Shown piece by piece: positions 9,294 to 15,501 of a stretch of DNA of 64,000 nucleotides. Source of the stretch: a virus; the IMG/VR virus record IMGVR_UViG_3300009151_000031; one strand, given 5' to 3'. A program made the position numbers and the translations under genes. Each line of letters begins with the position of its first letter. Position 1 is the first letter of the stretch. The notes below the pieces were generated by a model. That model did not search any database. It saw only the letters and a list, made by a program, of their open reading frames with translations, and was not told the DNA's origin.

Positions 9294-9351
9294 AGTATTG
9301 TAGTTTACCATATTTTAATCGAGACCCTGGACTAAACACCCAGGGTTTTTT
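9280..9351 (+). terminator. Mutually exclusive antiterminator (9280-9328) and intrinsic terminator (9323-9351)
   Basis: AGGGTCTC/GAGACCCT closes a ~22-bp hairpin; ACCCTGG/CCAGGGT stem plus U6 uses the same ACCCT. Confidence 0.8.
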
Positions 9352-9370
9352 GTTTATAAAGGAGAAAGAA

Positions 9371-9547
9371 ATGTCGCATAAAATTAATAAAAATGAGTAT
9401 TCGCAATTTATTCTTTCCCGTGAAGAAAAGGTTGCATTAATGGAAGCAAAAATTGCAAGAGCGGAAGCTCAAGTAAAGGCGTTAGCAGAAATTGTAAAAG
9501 TAAAAGCAAAGGAATCTGCAAGGGGGTCGAAATACACCTCACGCTGA
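9371..9547 (+). CDS. Small coiled-coil protein, first gene after attenuator
   Basis: RBS AAGGAGA, ATG 9371, EEKVALMEAKIARAEAQVKALAE heptads. Confidence 0.7.
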   Translation: MSHKINKNEYSQFILSREEKVALMEAKIARAEAQVKALAEIVKVKAKESARGSKYTSR

Positions 9548-9609
9548 TAAATGGATTGAGGTTATGTTAAGTACAGGCACGTTTTTTTCGTGTACTATAT
9601 TTGATAAAC

Positions 9610-9960
9610 CTGAGTAAGTGTGTAAAGAGGAAACGAGGTCCTCGCTGGGCACTATAAACATCTAGCAAACGGGCGGACAGGATACATAAAAGCCGGGCGA
9701 TAACCGGTTAGTAAGACTCCTGGGTAGGGTACTATCCCTATCATATCCTGTAGCAATACAGGGTATTCTAAAGCATATTAGATGAGAGCGTCCAAAGGTC
9801 CTGAACACCTTGTGGGACAGGGCACAGGAATCACCGTGACACTAGTATGTTTTATAATACCCTTTAGAAGAACACGCCCAAGCACCGCACCGATAAAGCG
9901 GACTGCCAGAGCAACCGTCACATAAACGGCCGCTGTTATCCAACACAGCAACTAAAGGGT
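9610..9960 (+). ncRNA. Candidate large multi-branched structured RNA
   Basis: No ORF, GC-richer, nested stems GGGCG/CGCCC, CAGGATA/TATCCTG, GGGTATT/AATACCC and at least six hairpins; boundaries approximate. Confidence 0.6.
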
Positions 9961-9970
9961 AGACTTATAT

Positions 9971-10055
9971 GGAGGAACGGCGCAGATGGCGGGGCGCGGC
10001 AGACTGTAAATCTGTTCTCTAGGGCTAGTTGGTTCGAATCCATCTTCCTCCACCA
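9971..10055 (+). tRNA. trnY: tRNA-Tyr(GTA), atypical C8 and D loop
   Basis: GCAGA-CTGTAAA-TCTGT, long variable arm, CCA. Confidence 0.88.
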
Positions 10056-10136
10056 CAAATCCTGAATTTTAATAAATATATTGAGCAGTATTTCAAATTG
10101 CACATAAATACATAATAAAATCCCAGGAGATTGTTG

Positions 10137-11084
10137 ATGCAAAAAACAAATAAAATTAAGTGGCTAATCGCACACGAGCCGGTACATCTTTTCTTACGTA
10201 CAGCAGAAGCATTTGCCGCTGATGTTAAAGCAAAAACCAACGGTGAGATTGATATTGAAATTTATACAGCAACAGAATATGCCAATAAATTCCACAATGG
10301 TCACAAAGAAAACCCATTGACACATATGGAAAATGGCACGTTAGAGATGAGCCAATTGCATATCAGTCAGTTATGGAAATACAATGCTCCATCATTTATG
10401 GCTCTTGAAATGCCATTCTTGTTTAGCGATCATGACCATGCTACCCGTGTATTGGAAGGCAACATTGGTCAAGACATGCTAGCAAGTTTGAAAGAAAAAT
10501 CACCAGCACGTGGACTAGCGTTCACATACAGCGGCGGCTATCGTGTCATGGTCAGTGATACCGAAGTTAACGAAATAGCTGACTTCCGTAATATGAAGTT
10601 CTATACAGGCACAAACCCAATTGGTATGGATACTATCGAAGTTATCGGTGGCCAACCCGATCCACACGCTATTGACCATTTTTGGCACAGCGTTACTGCT
10701 AATGGTATCAAACACGATGCAATCGATACAACAATTCCACGTGTTTTAGCCACAGTTGACAAACTAAGCAAGCGTTTTATCACTGACACCAAGCACAGCA
10801 TGTTTTTGACAAGCATTATTGTTAGTGAAGCATGGTGGAACACACTAAGCGAAGAGACAAAAGAAATTTTGGCCACTGCCGCAACCGATGCCGCACGTTT
10901 AGAGCGTAAGTGGTCAGTTGAAGACAGCAACCATGTTATTGCCAATGCTGTAGAATTGGGCTTAGAATATAAAGAACTAAGCAAAGAAGATCAATCCAAG
11001 TTCCAGGCACTAACAGAACCATTGTACCAAAAGTATGAATCTATGTTTATGCCAGGTTTAGTTAACGGAATTATCCGCGGTTAA
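10137..11084 (+). CDS. TRAP/DctP-family solute-binding protein paralog 2, no signal peptide
   Basis: HEPVHLFLRTA, ALEMPFLFSDHDHATRVLEG, YSGGYRV, FLTSIIVSEAWWNTLSEE. Confidence 0.8.
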   Translation: MQKTNKIKWLIAHEPVHLFLRTAEAFAADVKAKTNGEIDIEIYTATEYANKFHNGHKENPLTHMENGTLEMSQLHISQLWKYNAPSFMALEMPFLFSDHDHATRVLEGNIGQDMLASLKEKSPARGLAFTYSGGYRVMVSDTEVNEIADFRNMKFYTGTNPIGMDTIEVIGGQPDPHAIDHFWHSVTANGIKHDAIDTTIPRVLATVDKLSKRFITDTKHSMFLTSIIVSEAWWNTLSEETKEILATAATDAARLERKWSVEDSNHVIANAVELGLEYKELSKEDQSKFQALTEPLYQKYESMFMPGLVNGIIRG

Positions 11085-11090
11085 TAATCG

Positions 11091-11119
11091 TTGCAATAGT
11101 TTTAGTTTTAGTATATAAT
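11091..11119 (+). promoter_or_regulatory. sigma70 promoter for redoxin-fold gene 2 (leaderless)
   Basis: TTGCAA-17 nt-TATAAT; ATG 8 nt downstream, no SD. Confidence 0.7.
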
Positions 11120-11127
11120 CAGACTCT

Positions 11128-11580
11128 ATGAAAGATAATCTTTTAGAGTCTGATTCCTTTTGTGCAAAACGAATTCTGGTATTTGGTATTAATAGAATTC
11201 AAAGCCATCCTACAATAGATCATGTTAAGACCATTGATGCTATGCACGATGAATTTTTAGCACATGGCATAGACGAAATACATTTTATTTCTATTTGTGA
11301 TTTTTTATTGTTTGATCCAATGATGACCAAATTGGCACCACATTGCAAGTCTACTCAATTGACTGATACAACAGCGTTACAAAAAATGTTCAGTAAAAAA
11401 GGTCATCCTAGATACCTTTGTGAATATTGGCAGTTTGCAGCCGTTGTTAATAAACAACAGGTCGAATTCTATGCAGAGCAACCGTTTGTGGCAAAGTTTG
11501 GCCCAGACACCAGAGCTGATATTTATAGCAACGTGAGTGCAGAAAAAGTTCTAGCATGGTTGTCCAATAAATCAGTTTAA
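11128..11580 (+). CDS. Degenerate Prx5/redoxin-fold protein 2
   Basis: KRILVFG, HGIDEIHFISICD, WQFAAVVNKQQVEFYAEQP, YSNVSAEKVLAWL. Confidence 0.55.
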   Translation: MKDNLLESDSFCAKRILVFGINRIQSHPTIDHVKTIDAMHDEFLAHGIDEIHFISICDFLLFDPMMTKLAPHCKSTQLTDTTALQKMFSKKGHPRYLCEYWQFAAVVNKQQVEFYAEQPFVAKFGPDTRADIYSNVSAEKVLAWLSNKSV

Positions 11581-11588
11581 TGTACAAT
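11560..11588 (+). promoter_or_regulatory. sigma70 promoter restarting tRNA transcription
   Basis: TTGTCC-17 nt-TACAAT across the stop codon. Confidence 0.7.
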
Positions 11589-11612
11589 TGATACATCAAG
11601 TAAGAAATTACA

Positions 11613-11624
11613 CGCTCTTTAAAA
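11613..11624 (+). promoter_or_regulatory. rrn-like boxA antitermination element
   Basis: CGCTCTTTAAAA vs rrn boxA TGCTCTTTAACA, about 20 nt after predicted TSS. Confidence 0.7.
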
Positions 11625-11653
11625 ATTTAAACCATAGAACCCTGTGAAGGGTG

Positions 11654-11737
11654 CTATACAAAAATACACAATGACCAAACTCGGGTTCATCCGTGAGGTC
11701 AAGTAATTGATCCTATATCTTGTGTATTTTTGTATAG
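11654..11737 (+). ncRNA. Closed-stem structured element
   Basis: Perfect 18-bp stem CTATACAAAAATACACAA/TTGTGTATTTTTGTATAG around TGACC/GGTCA hairpin. Confidence 0.55.
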
Positions 11738-11828
11738 TCGAAAGAATTGGCACCCTAAGAAGTCCATTAGAGGCCTGACGCCCCTGTAAATCAATCAATA
11801 CTGTTTACGAACCGGGTCACTAAATTTT

Positions 11829-11905
11829 GGAGAAGTAGCTCAGTTGGTTAGAGTGCCTGCCTGTCACGCAGGAAGTCGCGGGTTCGAGTCCCGTCTTTTC
11901 CGCCA
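11829..11905 (+). tRNA. trnD: tRNA-Asp(GTC)
   Basis: CCTGC-CTGTCAC-GCAGG, G73, CCA. Confidence 0.95.
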
Positions 11906-11909
11906 AATT

Positions 11910-11985
11910 GCTCGGTTCGTCTATCGGTCTAGGACACCGCCCTTTCACGGCGGGAAGAGGGGTTCGATTCCCCTACCGAGTACCA
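11910..11985 (+). tRNA. trnE: tRNA-Glu(TTC)
   Basis: CCGCC-CTTTCAC-GGCGG, CCA. Confidence 0.95.
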
Positions 11986-11992
11986 ATGTTAT

Positions 11993-12067
11993 GCAGGATT
12001 AATTCAGTGGTAGAATGTCTCGTTGCCAACGAGAATGTCAGGAGTTCGACCCTCCTATCCTGCTCCA
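11993..12067 (+). tRNA. trnG: tRNA-Gly(GCC)
   Basis: TCTCG-TTGCCAA-CGAGA, U73, CCA. Confidence 0.95.
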
Positions 12068-12073
12068 AGTTAG

Positions 12074-12149
12074 GTATCCTTAGCTCAATTGGCAGAGCGT
12101 TGGTCTCCAAAACCAAAGGTTCGCGGTTCGAGGCCGTGAGGGTACGCCA
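12074..12149 (+). tRNA. trnW: tRNA-Trp(CCA)
   Basis: TTGGT-CTCCAAA-ACCAA, G73, CCA. Confidence 0.92.
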
Positions 12150-12155
12150 AGTTAG

Positions 12156-12269
12156 GTTTGTATAGTAGCTACAATGGAACACCGAGACACTTGCCAAAGT
12201 CGACTAATGCAAGGACCGGCCATGAAGAGTAGGGCTACCTCAGGTTCAAGCACTGAATACAAACACCCA
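12156..12269 (+). ncRNA. tRNA-like RNA: 8-bp acceptor + T arm, central rod instead of D/anticodon arms
   Basis: GTTTGTAT/ATACAAAC, TCAGG-TTCAAGC-ACTGA, inner GTAGC/GCTAC, ATGG/CCAT, CTTGC/GCAAG; ends ACCCA. Confidence 0.6.
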
Positions 12270-12276
12270 ATCCTAA

Positions 12277-12350
12277 GCGGGATTAGTTTAATGGTAAAAC
12301 AGCAGATTTCCAATCTTCGGTCAAGAGTTCGATTCTCTTATCCCGCTCCA
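12277..12350 (+). tRNA. trnG: tRNA-Gly(TCC)
   Basis: loop TTTCCAA, acceptor GCGGGAT/ATCCCGC, U73, CCA. Confidence 0.93.
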
Positions 12351-12359
12351 TTTTAACAT

Positions 12360-12563
12360 ATGACATTAAACGATTTAAAAGAAAAAGACCAGGCAGTGAT
12401 ACTCAGTGTCACCAACGAGCGTTTACAGCAAATGGGTCTTGTTCCTACAAGAACTGTAACTGTTTTAAGACGCATGGCCTGTTGTCTTCACATACGTGTG
12501 GGTTCCACTGAATGGGCCATACGTGATCAAGACGCTCAGTCAGTAACGATTATTCCCCGATAG
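12360..12563 (+). CDS. feoA: FeoA-family SH3-like protein
   Basis: LNDLKEKDQAVILSV, RLQQMGLVP, V.VLRR, IRVGSTEWAIR. Confidence 0.7.
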   Translation: MTLNDLKEKDQAVILSVTNERLQQMGLVPTRTVTVLRRMACCLHIRVGSTEWAIRDQDAQSVTIIPR

Positions 12564-12628
12564 CTCAGCGGTAGAGCAGTAGACTGTTAATCTATTGGTC
12601 GGTGGTTCGATCCCACCTTGGGGAGCCA
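12554..12628 (+). tRNA. trnN: tRNA-Asn(GTT)
   Basis: GTAGA-CTGTTAA-TCTAT, G73, CCA. Confidence 0.95.
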
Positions 12629-12635
12629 AAATCAT

Positions 12636-12713
12636 ATAGCGGTGGCAGAGTGGTCAATTGCACGGGATTGCAAATCCCGAAAACCGTGAGTTCAAATCTC
12701 ACCCGCTATTCCA
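12636..12713 (+). tRNA. trnC: tRNA-Cys(GCA)
   Basis: CGGGA-TTGCAAA-TCCCG, U73, CCA. Confidence 0.93.
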
Positions 12714-12741
12714 ATAAATCTTTTTAATGTATAATAGGTAT

Positions 12742-13050
12742 ATGATGAATAAATTAATCCGTGATGGTCAAGTTGCTGTACTAGTAAGTCCAGGATATGG
12801 TGCTGGCTGGTACTCGTGGCATTCAATTGAAGAACTGGTCTACGATCCTAGCATAGTAGAGTGGTTAGAACAAGGTGAAATGCCAAAAATTCAAGCATAC
12901 TTGGCCTTAAAATACAAAGATGAGTATTTTGGTGGCCTAGAAGATTTAGTAGTAATGTGGGTACCTGAAGGAGCTCGGTTTCGTATTAAAGAATATGACG
13001 GAGCAGAGAGCTTGGTACTTGAATCACAAGAACGCTGGATGACAGCATAA
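12742..13050 (+). CDS. Hypothetical protein (start probably 12742)
   Basis: VAVLVSPGYGAGWYSW, FRIKEYDGAESL; ATG 6 nt after TATAAT. Confidence 0.7.
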   Translation: MMNKLIRDGQVAVLVSPGYGAGWYSWHSIEELVYDPSIVEWLEQGEMPKIQAYLALKYKDEYFGGLEDLVVMWVPEGARFRIKEYDGAESLVLESQERWMTA

Positions 13051-13059
13051 GGAGGCCGT

Positions 13060-13524
13060 ATGTCCTGGATTGAAAATGTAGCGGCTGTAGATGTGTCTAG
13101 CGGATTCCATCATGCGGCTGGTCCTAACAGTATGCTGATTAGTATTGCTGACTGTGGTAGTTGGCGCCCAGAATCAAAGCACGAATTCAAGGAGCGTCAC
13201 AACTTTGAGTTTCTTGATATTGAGCTTAACGATTTTGCTTTAGAAGAAGCAATGCGTTGTAGCCAAGAGCAAGCAGATGAATTAGTTCGTTTGCTACAAC
13301 ATGCACTGGCTAATCGTATGAATGTGGTTGTACATTGTACCGCTGGCATTTGTAGATCCGGTGCAGTAACAGAAGTTGGAGTTATGTTAGGTTTTGATGA
13401 TACTGAACGGTTTCGTAGTCCTAATTTGTTAGTAAAACATCGTATGATGAAAGCCCTTGGGTGGACATACAATGAAAACGAAAAGCCAAACATTGATGAC
13501 TGGCGTACTTTTAGGAGTGTCTGA
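13060..13524 (+). CDS. Cys-based (PTP/dual-specificity) phosphatase
   Basis: VHCTAGICRSG = HCx5R P-loop; RBS AAGGAGG. Confidence 0.8.
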   Translation: MSWIENVAAVDVSSGFHHAAGPNSMLISIADCGSWRPESKHEFKERHNFEFLDIELNDFALEEAMRCSQEQADELVRLLQHALANRMNVVVHCTAGICRSGAVTEVGVMLGFDDTERFRSPNLLVKHRMMKALGWTYNENEKPNIDDWRTFRSV

Positions 13525-13721
13525 TGACAATTAATGCTATTTCACAATATAATAATAAAATATTTAATTTGATGGCTGTAAAGCAGTTGGATTTTAGACA
13601 TGAAGAACTTCGCTTAGAAGCAGTTCGAGTAAAAGAACAGCTTGAAGAAAATGAGCAAAAACGAATTGAAATGAATCGCCGGATGAATCGGCCCGGACAA
13701 AATGTTGATAAACTAGCGTAA
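13524..13721 (+). CDS. Small basic coiled-coil hypothetical protein
   Basis: TGATG overlap; ends PGQNVDKLA. Confidence 0.6.
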   Translation: MTINAISQYNNKIFNLMAVKQLDFRHEELRLEAVRVKEQLEENEQKRIEMNRRMNRPGQNVDKLA

Positions 13722-13743
13722 CTCAAATTGAAAGGAGTATAAT

Positions 13744-14346
13744 ATGCCAGCAGTATTTTTAGTAAGCGACACGCACTTTGGTCATGCCGGTGTATGCCGT
13801 TTTACCCGCAACGATGGTGTTACAAAACTTCGCCCATGGGATGATGCAGACGAAATGGATGAATTCATGGTCAAGGCCTGGAACGAACGTGTTCGTCCTA
13901 ACGATAAAGTTTATCACTTAGGCGATGTAGTTATTAACCGTAAAAGTCTTGCTATTATGCGTAGGCTCAACGGGGATAAAGTTCTTATCCGTGGTAACCA
14001 CGATATCTTTAAGGACACTGACTATCGTGAACATTTCCGTGAACTTCGTGCATACCATGTGATGAATGGAATGATTCTTAGTCACATTCCTGTACACGTA
14101 GAGTCACTTGGTCGGTTTGGTGTTAACATTCACGGACACTTACACGCAAATCGTGTTAAGAAAATTCGTGGAGTAAACGCCAAGACAGGTGAACTTCTGT
14201 ACAGTGATGAACCAGATGTACGCTACCATTGCGTATGTGTGGAGCAAACTGACTTTGCACCTATTCTGTTTGAAGATGTTATCAAACGTATTGAAGCAGA
14301 AGGTGGTTCCGTGGGTTTCCGTAACGGTAACGGCCCTACGATGTAA
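13744..14346 (+). CDS. Calcineurin-like metallophosphoesterase
   Basis: SDTHFGH, YHLGDV, GNHD, LSHIP, HGHLH. Confidence 0.88.
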   Translation: MPAVFLVSDTHFGHAGVCRFTRNDGVTKLRPWDDADEMDEFMVKAWNERVRPNDKVYHLGDVVINRKSLAIMRRLNGDKVLIRGNHDIFKDTDYREHFRELRAYHVMNGMILSHIPVHVESLGRFGVNIHGHLHANRVKKIRGVNAKTGELLYSDEPDVRYHCVCVEQTDFAPILFEDVIKRIEAEGGSVGFRNGNGPTM

Positions 14347-14406
14347 GAACAGTCTTGGACACGCAGACTTTAAAGCGAGGTGGGAGTAGGTGGAAGCCCT
14401 GCATCT

Positions 14407-14515
14407 ATATAAAAACACATCTATGATCTGGGATATGCGAATGCGTACATATAAACTAAGATCCCACTTGTTAGTGGGTACGGGAGTGGGAATCTCCCTA
14501 GGTGTGTTTCTATAT
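14407..14515 (+). ncRNA. Closed-stem three-hairpin element abutting tRNA-Met
   Basis: 17-nt outer stem (15 WC, 1 GU, 1 mismatch) enclosing GATCT/AGATC, CCCAC/GTGGG, GGGAG/CTCCC. Confidence 0.55.
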
Positions 14516-14590
14516 GGAAATATAGCACAGCGGTAGTGCATCGCCTTCATACGGCGCAGGTCAGTAGTTCAAATCTACTTATTTCCACCA
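14516..14590 (+). tRNA. trnM: tRNA-Met(CAT), elongator type
   Basis: loop TTCATAC, paired G1-C72, A73, CCA. Confidence 0.8.
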
Positions 14591-14594
14591 ATTA

Positions 14595-14673
14595 CGGAGT
14601 GTAGGAAAGTCTGGCTTAATCCGCCTCGTTTGGGACGAGGAGACCGAAGGTTCGAATCCTTCCATTCCGACCA
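14595..14673 (+). tRNA. trnP: tRNA-Pro(TGG)
   Basis: CCTCG-TTTGGGA-CGAGG, C1-G72, A73, CCA. Confidence 0.93.
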
Positions 14674-14678
14674 TATAT

Positions 14679-14754
14679 AGGACTTTAGCTCAGTTGGTAG
14701 AGCGTCTGCCTTACACGCAGAATGTCGTCAGTTCGAACCTGGCAAGTCCTACCA
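14679..14754 (+). tRNA. trnV: tRNA-Val(TAC)
   Basis: TCTGC-CTTACAC-GCAGA, CCA. Confidence 0.95.
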
Positions 14755-14757
14755 TTT

Positions 14758-14833
14758 GCCCCTATAGCTCAGTTGGTAGAGCACCGCCTTGATAAGGCGT
14801 AGGTCCCTGGTTCGAGTCCAGGTGGAGGCACCA
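14758..14833 (+). tRNA. trnI: tRNA-Ile(GAT)
   Basis: loop TTGATAA, A73, CCA; one C-A mismatch in acceptor. Confidence 0.9.
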
Positions 14834-14837
14834 ATAT

Positions 14838-14914
14838 CGGCCTTTAACTCAATTGGATAGAGTGCAAGTCTTCGAAACTTGAAGTTGGGAGTTCGAATCT
14901 CTCAGGGCCGGCCA
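14838..14914 (+). tRNA. trnR: tRNA-Arg(TCG)
   Basis: CAAGT-CTTCGAA-ACTTG, CCA. Confidence 0.92.
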
Positions 14915-14920
14915 AATTAC

Positions 14921-14996
14921 AGGACGTTAGCTCAGCCGGTAGAGCAGTAGACTTTTAATCTATTGGTCGTGGGTTCGATCCCCGCACGTCCTACCA
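14921..14996 (+). tRNA. trnK: tRNA-Lys(TTT)
   Basis: GTAGA-CTTTTAA-TCTAT, A73, CCA. Confidence 0.95.
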
Positions 14997-14998
14997 AT

Positions 14999-15074
14999 GC
15001 TACTTTAGCTGATGTGGTCATAGCGGCGGTTTGAAGAACCGTTGAACTAGGTTCGATTCCTAGAGGTAGCACCA
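14999..15074 (+). tRNA. trnF: tRNA-Phe(GAA)
   Basis: GCGGT-TTGAAGA-ACCGT, CCA. Confidence 0.92.
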
Positions 15075-15083
15075 AATTATTGT

Positions 15084-15157
15084 TGGGGGTTAGTGTAGCG
15101 GTAACACTACAGACTTTGACTCTGTCATCACTGGTTCGATCCCAGTACCCTCTGCCA
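15084..15157 (+). tRNA. trnQ: tRNA-Gln(TTG)
   Basis: ACAGA-CTTTGAC-TCTGT, 1-72 mismatch, G73, CCA. Confidence 0.93.
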
Positions 15158-15163
15158 AATTAC

Positions 15164-15238
15164 CTCGCCTTAGTATAATGGATAATACAGTAGGCTTCTA
15201 CCCTACGAATGTGGGTTCGATTCCTGCAGGCGAGGCCA
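15164..15238 (+). tRNA. trnR: tRNA-Arg(TCT)
   Basis: GTAGG-CTTCTAC-CCTAC, G73, CCA. Confidence 0.93.
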
Positions 15239-15244
15239 AACAAT

Positions 15245-15320
15245 GGTGACTATAGTGTAAAGGTTAACACCACGGATTGTGATTCCGTTAATATGGGTTC
15301 GATTCCCATTAGTTACCCCA
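15245..15320 (+). tRNA. trnH: tRNA-His(GTG)
   Basis: G-1/C73, ACGGA-TTGTGAT-TCCGT, CCA. Confidence 0.95.
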
Positions 15321-15328
15321 ATCAATAT

Positions 15329-15406
15329 ACCCCTGTAGGCAAATTGGTAAAGCCAACTCTCTTAAAAGGAGTAGTCTTCCCTGTTCGAATCAGGGCAGGG
15401 GTACCA
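15329..15406 (+). tRNA. tRNA with TAA anticodon and short variable region (atypical Leu?)
   Basis: ACTCT-CTTAAAA-GGAGT, 6-nt variable region AGTCTT, acceptor ACCCCTG/CAGGGGT, A73, CCA. Confidence 0.75.
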
Positions 15407-15411
15407 ATCAA

Positions 15412-15501
15412 GGAAGTGTGTCTGAGTCCGGCTTAAGGAAACAGTCTTGAAAACTGTCGGCTGTAAAAGGTCCGTGGGTTCGAATCCCACCGCTTCCGCC
15501 A
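15412..15501 (+). tRNA. trnS: tRNA-Ser(TGA)
   Basis: ACAGT-CTTGAAA-ACTGT, long variable arm, G73, CCA. Confidence 0.95.

Noticed and set aside
12156-12269. tRNA-Sec (8/5 fold)
   Set aside because: No D arm and no TCA anticodon loop
14340-14405. Possible extra tRNA with TTA anticodon (CTTTAAA)
   Set aside because: No anticodon stem around the loop, no acceptor stem or CCA
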